Shown: positions 50,957 through 61,907 of the stretch, piece after piece
Numbering within the stretch: position 1 is the stretch's first letter
Layout: every line of letters begins with the position of its first letter
Position numbers and translations under genes: made by a program
Source of the DNA: Tricharina praecox
Taxonomy: Eukaryota
Direction of reading: 5' to 3'
Assembly (NCBI RefSeq): GCF_024521635.1
Contig: NW_026250411.1
Coordinates: 124,001-188,000 of the forward strand
DNA: 64,000 nt
The notes under the pieces: model-generated
Database searches by the model: none
Seen by the model: the letters and a program-made list of their open reading frames with translations, nothing else
Told to the model about the DNA's origin: nothing

Positions 50957-53673
50957 CTAGTAGTTGAACTTGCACCTGAACAGATATCTGATCTTGACCT
51001 GCGAGACATCGTAGACGATGTATTCGTTGTACTGCAGCCAAGCATTTTTCGGGTTAAGGTCCGCACAGATAGTCGACTCCTTACCGGAGACCTTTGGCAT
51101 GGAGATGCCCGCGAGCTGGGGGTGGACGACGCTGGCATCCTCCCAGGCCTTCGGCGCGGTCTGCCCGAGGCCCTTGGTGGCGAGGCGGCCGCTGTCCTTG
51201 CAGCGCTTTGCGGCGTGGTAGTCTGAGTGCGTGAGCTCGAGCATGGGGTCGCCAAGCTGGGCTTCGCAGAGCATGAGCAGGCCGGTGTTCCCGGACGAGG
51301 AGGCGCAGCAGTAGTTGGCGGACTTCGACACGATGTCGGCGAGGTAGATGCCCTTGTCGAACATGTAGCCGTTGACGGGGGCCTCGGGCGGCGCGATGCG
51401 CAGGCCCTGCGAGAGGATACCGCCGAAGTTGGTGGTGCGGCTGCCGTGCCACAGGAGCTTGCGGTTGTCTTTGGGGTGCTGGTGCCAGCCCGCTTCGGTC
51501 CACCGGTCTTCTTCGACTGACCGAGTGATCCGGAAGATCTCCTCGACGGCGAGCTTGATGCCGTGCGTTTTGCCGTGCGTCTTCTTGACGTACGCTTCCA
51601 GGTTCTTGAATTCGGTCGAGTTCCGGTCGAGTGCCTCAGATTCGTTGAGGCCGAGGGACTGGTATTGGGTGTCGATGGGGTGGACTTCGGAGGCGTTGCT
51701 GTTGGCGTCTTTGATGATCTCGGAGGAGATCTTCATGTCAACCAAGTTTTCGACCAGCTCGGTTTCCTTCTTCAGGCTCTGCGGGTTGTCGATGCTGGGC
51801 GGTGTGCTGCGGCCAAAGTCGTGAGGAATTACCGTGTAATAGCGCGATGACAACTGGTTCAGGATGTCGCGGTTGTTCGAGCCGTAGTGGGAGTATTTGG
51901 TCGTTGCCGTGAGCGGATTGGCAATCACGTCCCCGATCATCTTGAGGGCTTCGTACCCCTAGAAAATGTTTAGTGCTTGCGATCGTTCCCTCGAGTCGAG
52001 AACCTCTTACCTGCATGATGGTGTTCTTGGACAGCTTGCCGAGAGGGAGCTTCTTGCTGTCGTACGACAACGATGCCATGGACTGCTGCATGTAGTTTTG
52101 GTTGAAGATGAGCTGCATCAGGTCCTGGAGCGGCTTCGAGATCTTGCTCTCCGCCTTTGGGACCGGAGGACCATCGTCCAGAGGCTTGATGGCATCGCCC
52201 TCGTCGTCATCGTCCTCGTAGTTTCTCTCCTACAGGCACAATCAGTATCTGAAAGAAGAAGACGATAGGGACGGGGCGAGCATACGAGGTAAGCATAAAA
52301 CTTTCCACCGCCGAGAGCATTCTCTCTTTCGGCCCAGTATTTCCCGGATTTGGTCTTCATCTGCTTGTTGAAATTGGACATTGCTGTGTTTAAGGCGGTG
52401 TCCGTGCACTTAAATTGGCTCTGGCCCTTCTCGCCCACTCGGCCCCAATGGCAGAAGACGGAGAACTTCCCGCCAGCATCGTGCTCCAGCAGCTGGATGT
52501 AGTAGAACTTGTTGTTGTTTGCGCCAATCTGCGCGAGTTAGCGGGGTTCATCTGAACCGACGAGAAGAATGGTTGCGAACATTGGTCTGATTCAGAGTGG
52601 CATCCCAGGCGGTGCCAGTGTCATCGACGTAGACATGGTAGGTTTTTGCGAGTCCGGATAGCTCGTCGACAGGTGCCTTTCCCTTCTTGACCACTGTCTT
52701 CATCACAACATTCTCCTTTTCCTCCTCCTCTTCTTCGTCCTCGGCTTTGACCGCTGCCTTGCCCTTGCCCTTGACCTTTGCCTTGCCCTTCGCAGAAGCC
52801 TTCTTCTTCTTCTCGGGAGGAGAATCCTTATTCCCCTCCTCCTCCTCCTCCTCCTCCTCCTTTACAGGAGTAGGCGGGACAGCAACTTTCTTCGGCCGGC
52901 CCTTTCCGACCGCGACCTTCTTGCTATCCTCATCTTCATCCTCCTCCTTCACCGCGGGAGCCGGAGTCGCCGACTTCCCCCTTCTCGAGCGGGTAGTAGC
53001 AGCAGCAGCTGTCGGGGCATCTGCGGGCTTCGGAGTAGCCGCCTTGCGCTTCGGTCTTGCAGTACCGTCAACAGCCTTGACCTTTTTGCTGACGGGGTCC
53101 TCTTCTTCATCGGCATCATCGTTGGCAGTACGCTTATTCCCGCTGGGCTGCGAGCCCACCGCGGTCGCATCGAGTGCGTACTCCGCTTCTGGCTCTTTCG
53201 CGCCCGCGTCAAGCGACTTTAGAAGCCAGTCGATGGAGACGAGGGCGACGTTGGCGTCGATGGCTTGGTTGACTTTACGCACACCACATCAGCACCAGCA
53301 CCAACCAATTAACCAACCAGCGACTGCGGGGGCAAAAGTAGCAACCTTTAGCAGACCCCTTCGCGACGTCAGCCTCATTGCTGACCAGATGTGTTGTGTT
53401 CGCATCGACAGTCTTGTCAAATACTCCGCCATTGCGTTTGACGCTGCGTTCGATCTGGAGGTGGAGGCGAGCGAGTGTAAGTTCAGGGTCAATTGACGGC
53501 ACGCTATATACGGAAACGTACTTGAGCTACGATTCGGTTAGCGACTAGGACGGATTTCAAGTGCGCGTGCGCCACCAAGGATCGAAGCGACCGCATAGAT
53601 AGAACTTACTCTGAGTATGTCCTCTGTGCGATCCGCTCACGGCGATCACGCAGCCGTCGAATATTTTGGCCAT
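50957..53673 (-). CDS. PARP: Poly(ADP-ribose) polymerase (BRCT - WGR - regulatory - catalytic), PrpA/NPO-type
   Basis: BRCT (MAKIFDGCVIAVSG...THLVS...VSIDWL), WGR (NNNKFYYIQLL..CHWGRVG), regulatory (KLPLGKLSK, YYTVIPHDFG) and catalytic H-Y-E triad (LLWHGS, GIYLAD..SKSANY, YNEYIVY). Multiple introns, including a pair flanking a 5-nt microexon at 53526-53522. Confidence 0.96.
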
Positions 53674-53938
53674 TGCGGTCCGGACAGATGTGGTTTTCTA
53701 GGGAGGAAGAAAGAAGAGGTATATTGTCGGTTCAATAGCCAGCAGTCAATTGCAGTGCAGAATATCGTGCCGATTGCGGGATTGCGAGTTTGTTCGTTCG
53801 TGTTCGTGTGCTTGAATTGAAGACCCGCAGAAATCGGGGACAGCGCGGGACCTTTATGTACTCTATTCTCTCCCCCTCTCCCCGCCTCCGCCTCAGCCGT
53901 TGCAGCTTCCACATTGTGAGACTCAATGCATTGCGCAG

Positions 53939-54573
53939 CGCGAAAACTACGCGTAGCTGACACGCCCAACGTGACAACGCGTTGAGGCTAGCTTAGGTGG
54001 GAGTATGACTCTTACGATGCGAGGACAGGGGACGTGTCGCGTCGGTGACTCTTACGATACTTTGAGAGGGACAGCACAGCCCCCGGATAGCGTGGCACGG
54101 GCTGATCAGGCACCAGCGACGAACGAGTTGGCTGAAGAAGAATAATTACTCTAGCATCCGTGCGGCCGTGAGGAATCAGGAATCGATTGAGACGCGGGAA
54201 AGAGAACTGGTTCTTCGCCGTGGCTTATGGTGCAGGTATAGTAGCCCGTTACTGCGTGCGATAGGTATGATATGAGGTATGTACCTACAATAGCAGCAGA
54301 AACAGAGATCACCAGAGCGGCACTTCTGGCGTGATCGTCGAGATGGCAGATACCTCCTACACAGGGTCGCTTCTGTGCTTTGGGAGCTTTTACCAGCCAT
54401 CGCAGATTACCTACGTGTAGGCTGGAGCTCACGGTAACTACCGGTATGTGGACTGAAACAGTCGGGTGATTGAGTGCCTTTGAAATGGCCAGAGCGTTCA
54501 ATCCGGAGAACTGCGGACACCCACGCACTGGGCAGAGACCAGATATCCTGACCGCGTCGATATCGTCACGCGT
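53939..54573. promoter_or_regulatory. MCB/SCB-like elements in the divergent PARP-RTF2 promoter
   Basis: CGCGAAA at 53939-53945; ACGCGT at 53949-53954, 53977-53982 and 54568-54573. Confidence 0.5.
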
Positions 54574-54927
54574 TCATCACCCCGCCGTTCCAACGTTCAA
54601 GTTGCACAATCAGATAACCGACCGCATCGCTTCGGCCAGCTCTGTCCTTGTCTTGTTCCTGTTTAGCGGCACCCTTGACCTTTCCAAGTTCCCGGCTTTT
54701 CTGTGGTGAGTCACTCGCCGCCACTCGTCGCCACTACGCCGGGATTGGACAAGTGAAAAGTCGCTCACCCCGGCCTGCGCAGAAACTGAACATTCCCACC
54801 AACTTGTACCTAGATAGCTCAGCTCCAGCAACGCGACCGCGACCAAGACCGAGACCGAGAAACGCCTGCCAATTCCCCACTTCCCGACAAACCAGAACAA
54901 ACCAGTTACACAGCTAGATCCGCAGCC

Positions 54928-55954
54928 ATGGGTAACGACGGAGGAAGGTTAATCCCCCCTCCCCCCCGCGCGCGCATCTACAGTCAAGTCTCTCTCTCTC
55001 TCGTGTCGAGTACGCTGACACCTTCTTCGCCACCAAGCATCCCGACGCGACGCGAACTCGTCAAGAACGCGGCACGCAATCCTACCCACAGCCAGGTGCG
55101 CTCGACGCAAGCGCAGACGCGGGAGTACCGATGGAGCACGTGCCCGCTATCGAAGAAGCCATTGTCGGCGCCGATCGTGTCGGACTCGGCGGGGATACTG
55201 TACAACAAGGACAGCATCATTGAGTGGCTGCTGCATGGTGTCGGCGCATTCGGTGATGGCGAGGAGGTGCTGGATGGGCGCGTCAAGAGTCTCAAGGATG
55301 TTGTGGAAGTGAGGTTCGAGCAGCTCGAGGAGGATACGAAGGCCGATGGAGAGAGCGCTAGGAGGTCGAAGTGGGTGTGCTCTGTTAGTAGGAAGGAGCT
55401 GGGGCCCGGTGGGAAGGCGGTCTATGTTGTGCCGTGTGGGCATGCGTTTGATCAGAGTGCGGTGCGCGAGATCGGCGGGAAGGAGGGCGGGTGTCTAGTG
55501 GTAGGATATTCGGCTGCAGCTTTGGGGGCCGGCACTGATGGTTGTGCAGTGCAGTACGCCGTACGAAGACACCGACATCATCCCAATCAATCCCGACGAA
55601 CCCGCCGAGATCGAGCGACTGAAGGAGCGCGTCAGGACGCTGGCAGAGAAGGGACTCACACACGCACTCAAGAAGCTGTCCGACAAGAAGGCAAAGAAAC
55701 GGAAGGCTGACGATGCATCCACCAAGAGCTCCAAGAAGGCAAAGGAGAAGGAGTCGAGCATACGAAATCCTGCGGCGGCGGCATTGACCAACAAGGTGAT
55801 GGAAGATGAGAAGCTCAAGAGCGAGCAGCGGAAATTGCTGATGAGCGATAATATCCAAACGCTGTTTAGCAAGAAGGAGGATGAACATAAGCCCGGAAAG
55901 AATAGGGATTTCATGTCAAGGGGTTATTCGCTGCCGGCACATATGCAGCGGTGA
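54928..55954 (+). CDS. RTF2: Replication termination factor 2 (Rtf2 RING-like)
   Basis: MGNDGGS|IPTRRELVK (intron 54948-55037), WSTCPLSKKPL..PIVSD..G.LYNKDSIIEWLL, VPCGHAF, and CLV|CSTPY..DIIPINP across a second intron. Confidence 0.93.
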
Positions 55955-56198
55955 GGGATGTACGAGTACTTTCAGTTCGATCAGCAGACAGACATTGATA
56001 TGATGCCCAAGAATTGATAGCAATCAGAGACTCGGCGCAGAGTGACATACTATGCAACTCGTTTATCTGTAACCAGAGCACGTTAACCCCGCACCGGTCA
56101 GCGCAGCAGGTGTCTTAACCAAGTATTTAGTCTACAGAATACTCGACGTCATAAACCACATCCGCGTCAACCACCGGCGTGAACCCACAATCGCAACA

Positions 56199-57258
56199 AT
56201 GTCCCCCACCAAGCCCACGATCCTGATCGCAACCGACACGCCCACCTTCGACATCGAGCCCTGGGCCGCAGAAGGCTACAGCATCCACCTCCTAACGCAC
56301 GCCACAGTCCGGGGCATAGAAGACGCCGCCGACGACCTCGAGAGCAACGACAAATACGGCATCATCGGTCCACCCCCTTCCCACTCCTTGCCCACTCCCG
56401 CCCCCACTAACCCCACCAACAGCATTCGGCACCGCCGCCACCGCCGCGCTCCAATTCGCCATTCAGCCCTCGCGACAACTCCAATGCGTAGCAGCCTACT
56501 ACCCGCCCACCCTCCCACGCACGAACTTCCAGCCGGGCGTGCAAATCCTTTTGCACCTCCCCTCAGACAGCCCCTTCTCCACGCCTGCCTCGCCCTCTCT
56601 ACGAATCCGCCTGTACTCCTCCGCCGCAGGTTTCGCCGACGGCTCCGCGCCCTCCACGTACAACCGTATTTCCGCGAGCCTCGCCTTCTCTCGCACGCTC
56701 GCGCTCCTGCGCGACTGCATCGGCTCCGTGCCCGGTCCGGGCCGGGACCTGGAGGCGCTGTGGGACGGGCACCTTCTCGCGAAGTTCTCGGACCGCGATG
56801 CGGCCGCGACCACGAGCGCGCTCGCACCCGGTGCTACGGTCCTGCATGTACCCACGCTCACCGGCGCCTCGGGTGAGCACGGCCTCAAGAGGTTCTACGA
56901 TGAGTTTTTTATTCCCGGCACGCCGCCGAGTTTGAGGATTACGCTGGTTAGTCGCACTGTGGGTGCCGACAGGATCGTGGACGAGGTGGTCGTCAGCTTT
57001 AGGCATACGTGTGAGATCCCCTGGATGCTCCCGGGTGTGGAGCCGACGGGGAGGGAGGTCGAGGTGCCGCTTGTTACGGTCGTCGCCGTTAGGGCTGGCA
57101 GGCTGGTTAGGGAACATGTCTATTGGGATCAGGCGAGTGTGTTAGTCCAGGTTGGACTGCTGGAGAGGGGCACGCTGCCGGTCGTGGGCGCGGAGGCGGC
57201 GAGAAAGGTGCTCGATGAGAGGGTAGTCGAGGGGAATAAGCTCATCAAGGAGTGGTAG
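56199..57258 (+). CDS. Dienelactone hydrolase-like / SnoaL(NTF2)-like protein (carboxymethylenebutenolidase-type)
   Basis: Intron 56368-56422. Motifs ASLAFSRTLALLR, LEALWDGHL, HVPTLTG, SRTVGADRIVDE, HTCEIPWMLPGVEPTGR.VEVP and EHVYWDQASVLVQVGLL. Confidence 0.85.
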
Positions 57259-57421
57259 CGGTTGTTTTCACCGGGTATCCGAGTTATCATTACCGTGTAA
57301 AACTAGGTAGACGCATGCATATATACACAATCCAATGCCATCCCATCCAATCCGAAGCGATCCCAAAGTCCAAACTGAGCAGCAAAAGCACTTTTCCCTC
57401 TCTCCCCCGTTGTCTCCCACA

Positions 57422-58383
57422 TTACGCAAACAGCACCGAATCATCCACATCCTCCTCCGTCATCTTCGCGATCTTCTGCTCGCGCTCGACCTCACGCTTC
57501 TTGACCACGCGCTTCGTCCTCGCCATATCCCTGCCGCCCGCCCTCGCCGCACTCTTCTGGCGGATCGCCGCCCTGACGGCATTCGGGCTGACGAACTCCT
57601 TATTCTCGAACACCACCGGCCCACCGAAACTTCCCTCCAGGATCACAATGGGCGTCATAACGAACCTGGGTCCGATCTCGATAAGCTCGACATCATCCTC
57701 CTCCTGCTTCTTCTTCTTCGCATCGACCTCGTTCTCGCTGGTGCTAGTGGAGGCAGTGGGATTGATCTGGTAGTGGCGCACCCACACTTTCCCGTCGGCC
57801 AGCGTGAAGGATACCACGCGGTCAATGAACGGCTTCGACTTGCGCGTGCCCTTCGGCACCGAAAACGTGTGGCACAGCATCTCCTTCATCAGCGCGGCGG
57901 ACGGCGTCATATCAAAGTCTTTCGAGAAGCTGACGATTGCGCGCGAGCCCCGCAGTGCGTTACCCGTGAAGTTGAGCTCGCTCATCGTGTGCACTATCCC
58001 CCCACCCTATCAGCCCCCCCCCCACCAATAACAAGCACGCCGGGAGAAGACGCACAGTTCTGGATATGAAACTTAACACACGGCCCGTTCGGATTCCTGG
58101 CGAGCCACATGTAGAGGTCCTGGCGCTTGCGGGCCTCAAAGAACATGACGCCGTTGCAGTTGTAGAGCTCGGCCACCTCGTTGAGGTAGTGCAGCTGCGA
58201 CTTGGTGTCCAGCTTTGCGTCCTTGCGCGAGTGCGGCAGCATCGCGACCAGGTCGTTGAGAAGGTGCCGGTGCCGGTACGTCACGCCGCGGGAGGACAGG
58301 ATCAGCACCCGCGATTTGGTCGAGGCGGGCTTTTCCGGCTTGTCGTCGGCGGACGTTGTTACGGTTTTGAAGAGGGTGGACAT
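57422..58383 (-). CDS. BRX1: Ribosome biogenesis protein Brx1 (Brix domain)
   Basis: RVLILSSRGVTYRHRHLLNDL, FFEARKRQDLYMW, N|LHTMSELNFTGN (intron 58055-57994), KSKPFIDRV and LIEIGPRFVMTP. Confidence 0.96.
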
Positions 58384-58581
58384 TGTGAGGTGTGAGTGTG
58401 GTGGTGGGGAGTTCGGTGGTGGTGGAGTTTGGTGGTGGGTTGCGCGAACTACTAAAGGTGTATCTCTGCGCTGAGGAAAAAATATTTGGAGCCGCAAGTG
58501 GTGGGGACGGAGGGTAACGTCACGTGTGGTCACTCGACAAATTTCCGCTCCATCGATCACTCGCCGTTGGTTTTGTTCTAC

Positions 58582-60598
58582 CTACACTTCAAACATTTCC
58601 CCCAGGCCATGTGGACTGCCACCGACCAGTGTGAGATCCATTCTCCAGCCCTTCCACTTCTCAAGGCCGCGCTTTACCTCGCGGATGCGCTCGAGCCGCT
58701 CCATCTCGGCCCTCCTGCGCTCCTCAGCCGCCGCCTCCTCCTTATCCCGCGCGGCGGCCATCTGCTGCTTCATCATCTCGCCAAAGTCCGCGTCGTCGCT
58801 CAGGAAGCTGCCTTCCGAGACCATGCTCATGCCCCTATTATGTCTGGTCTGCGTGGTCGACGGCGGCTGCGACTCGCCGTGGTGGTGGTTTGGCTGCCGC
58901 TTTCTCTCGGCGTCCAGCTGCTCCTCGAGCACACGGACGCGCTCGCGCAGCCGCATGCGCTCCGCATCCTCGAGCTCGTCGACCTCGTCGTGGTCGGACG
59001 AGGCATTCGCGCCGCCCGTGAGCTTGCGGTTCTCGGTGAGCGCGCGCTCGAGCTTGATCTTGAGGTCTTCGCGCTCGGCCTCGAGCTGGCTGGCGTTGCG
59101 CTTCGCCTCGGCAAGTGCGTCTTCGAGATCTTGTGCCTCGCGCCCCTTGGTGAGCGCGGTGCGCGATGATTCTTGCGATTTCGCCTCCGCGTCCCGGTAC
59201 ATCGTCTTGAGCGTGTAGTGGTCCTTGTCCAGACTGGTGATCTGCGCGTTCTTCATCTTGATGTCGGATCTGACGACGTCGAGCTCCTCCTTGGCCGCGG
59301 CGAGCTGCGACTCGAGCGCTGAGTGCCGCGTGGCTTCCTCCACCATCTTCGTGTTGGTTGCTTCCAGCTCTTTTTGTGCGGCTGAGAGCTGCTCTTGTAG
59401 TGCCTCGTTGGCGGTCTCCTTCTCCTTCAGCGACTCCTCGGCTGCGGATAGCGACTTTTGCGTGCGTTCAAGTTCGCTGCGCAGTTTGTTGAAGTCGATT
59501 TCCATGTTCTCGATCTGGTCCTCTTTGGCAGTGAGGGACTCGCGGTCTTGTGAGTTCGACGAGTCGGACGAGGCAAGGCGGAGCTCGGAGATGGTCTTGT
59601 CTTTAGCGGTAGCCTGCGATGTCAAGTGAGAGGTCTGTCGGTTCAAAGCTTCGAGCTCGGATTTCTGCGGTCGTCAGCATTGCACACCGCATGGCTACCT
59701 GAAGTTACCAACCATCTTCTCCATTTCCTCCTCACTCGTCTTCTTGCCCGCCTCGGCATCATCGATCCGTCCCTTGACCCCTCTAAGCTCCTCCCGTACC
59801 TCCGCGAGCTGCTCCTGTAGCTTATCCTTCTCCGCCTCAATCTCCGCCAGCCGCTTCTCCTTGGCCTTGAGCTTCTCGACATCCTCAGCCAGCTTCTCAT
59901 TGTCCTCCGTAAGCTTCGATATAGTCTCCGCCTGCCTGTGGTATATATCCGGCACATCGGTCGGGCTCAACGGCGACTTATTGGCCGAGCGCAGTATATC
60001 CGTAGCGTTTATCGACGGTCTGCGGTAGTGCGATTGCGAGGCACGGCGCGCCAGGATCGATGATGCGCGGGCCTGCGCGGACTGGAGTTCGCCGGGACTG
60101 TCGGTATCGGCCGTTTCGGCGTCGGGGGTCGCCGCGGGTTCGCTGCGGGAAGTAAGTACGCGGAGGGACCCCCACAAGCCCAAGTGGTGGACCTACAGTT
60201 CTACAGTCTCCTCCGCAGCAGCGGCATCCGTGGTAGTAGCCTCCGTAGTAGCAGCCTCCGTAGTCTCTGGCTCGGTCTTCTCCTCCTCCTCCTCGGGGGC
60301 GGCGGCGGGAGTGGGAGTGGATGCTTCGGCCTCCGTCACCTCCGGCACCTCCGTCTTCTCCTCTTCGGCCGCTTCGTCCTTCTCTACGGGTGTGGCTGGC
60401 CTCGACGATGACGCTGATGCGGCGGCGCCGGCTTTTCCTGCCTTCTTGCCTTTCTTCTTCTTCAGCTCCTCGAACTATAGTACATAGCTCGTGTCAGCTC
60501 TCCACCACTACCACCACTGCCGACCCGGAGCGAAACACACACACCCGCTTCTTGGCCGCAGCGAGCTTCTCGGCCTTGGCGGCTTCCTCGTCTGCCAT
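58582..60598 (-). CDS. Coiled-coil golgin, Bug1/GM130-like
   Basis: N-terminus MADEEAAKAEKLAAAKKR|FEELKKKKGKK, a long heptad-rich coiled coil and a C-terminus RIREVKRGLEKWKGWRMDL...GEMFEV. About 3 introns. Confidence 0.75.
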
Positions 60599-61493
60599 CG
60601 GTGGTGCGTGGTGTAGATGTGTAGGGTTCCGTGGTTGTTGTGGATGTTGTCGCGGGAGCTGTTCGGTCGTGGGTCAGATGGTGGTGAGGTGTCAATGGAG
60701 ATTGAGATGGAGGGGAAGCTGCGTTAGAAGCACATGCCAGCCACGCATGGATGTGGTTACATACGTGCTTCCCATTCGACCAGTCACCGATCACTGCCTA
60801 CAGCTTGCGGGTGGTTAATTAATTCTTGCAGAATCATGGAACATATCTAGACAGAGAGTCTCGAGCGCTCTATCCATAAGTTGTCTCTATATTCTCCTCT
60901 ATCTCTGACTGTTTCGTTCTTTCTGTTTCCTTTTCCCATTTCCCTCACCCTTCGCCCCTCTCTCTCCCTCATCTTGTAATCCAAATGTCTCACTTTATCC
61001 TCTCCATGAGCAAGCACGAGCACGTAACCCGTTAACGCGAACTTCTGCGCCTCCCGTAATAATTTTTTTTGCTTACTTGCCGTAATAGTTCCGTTCCGCA
61101 CCACCTTCTCCTCGGTCTACTACTGTAGTAGGTATCCTCCCTTTCTTTCTTCTCCTACCTATTACTCTCTTCATTCCCTCCTTTTATTTCTTTCTCACGC
61201 TCTTTGGTTTTCTGTTTGGCCTAGGTATCTACGTTGGATAGCTAGTCCTGTTGTGCAAGTGCGAAGGTTAGGGAGACCACACGCGACCCAACGACGAACT
61301 ACGCTTCGACCGACGACGCTCCCGTTTCTTCCGTTTCCTCCGTTTCCGCTTTGTTTCCGCTTTGTTTCCGACTCCGGGTGCCCGCCACACAGCACACACG
61401 ACACACGACACCCTCCACGCCTCCAACCCGTCGCGCCCACCACCCCACCCACATCTACACACATCTACACACATCCACCACTCCACTACTCTG

Positions 61494-61907
61494 ATGTCTA
61501 CCCCCACTGCCCCCTCTCTCAAAACGCACTTCACCACCCTCGCGCCCGCGCCCTTAGTAGCGCACATCACCGATTCCACAGGACACGCGATCCTATCGAC
61601 GAGCAGCAGCGTCTCGCAGTCGCAGCAGCTGCAGTCGCTATCGCACGCGTACCTCAGCGCGCACGACACCGCGTGCCGTATGGGCCTTGGCGTGCCAAAG
61701 CGTATCACTGTCGAGACGGTCCGCGGAGCGGTAGTGATGCAGACCGGTACTGAGGTTGACGGTGCGCCACATGGAGATATGGTTGTGGGCGTGGTACTCG
61801 CGCCGGAGGAGAGGATGGCCGAGGCGAGAGTGGCGAGTTGGGGCGTGGAGGAGGTCGCCGCGAGAGTGGGAAGGGTCGTCGCCGAGGGGAGGAGGGCGAG
61901 GGGTTGA
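61494..61907 (+). CDS. Small roadblock-fold protein, LAMTOR3/MP1 (Ragulator)-like, 137 aa
   Basis: MSTPTAPSLKTHF..VAHITDSTGHAIL..LSHAYLSAHDTACRMGLGVPKRITVET..VVMQ..MVVGVVLA..EEVAARVGRVV. Intronless, with GC-rich coding-like codons. Confidence 0.7.
   Translation: MSTPTAPSLKTHFTTLAPAPLVAHITDSTGHAILSTSSSVSQSQQLQSLSHAYLSAHDTACRMGLGVPKRITVETVRGAVVMQTGTEVDGAPHGDMVVGVVLAPEERMAEARVASWGVEEVAARVGRVVAEGRRARG

Noticed and set aside
54948..55037. Stop-free 90-nt RTF2 intron read as coding by the ORF track
   Set aside because: Splicing restores the conserved MGNDGGSIP start, and the segment has a branch site (GCTGAC) and acceptor.
60847..61104. Minus-strand 85-aa ORF with faint resemblance to RWDD2/DUF1115-like motifs
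   Set aside because: No ATG start, the key GxPG motif is absent, and it sits in a purine-rich promoter region. Too weak to call.
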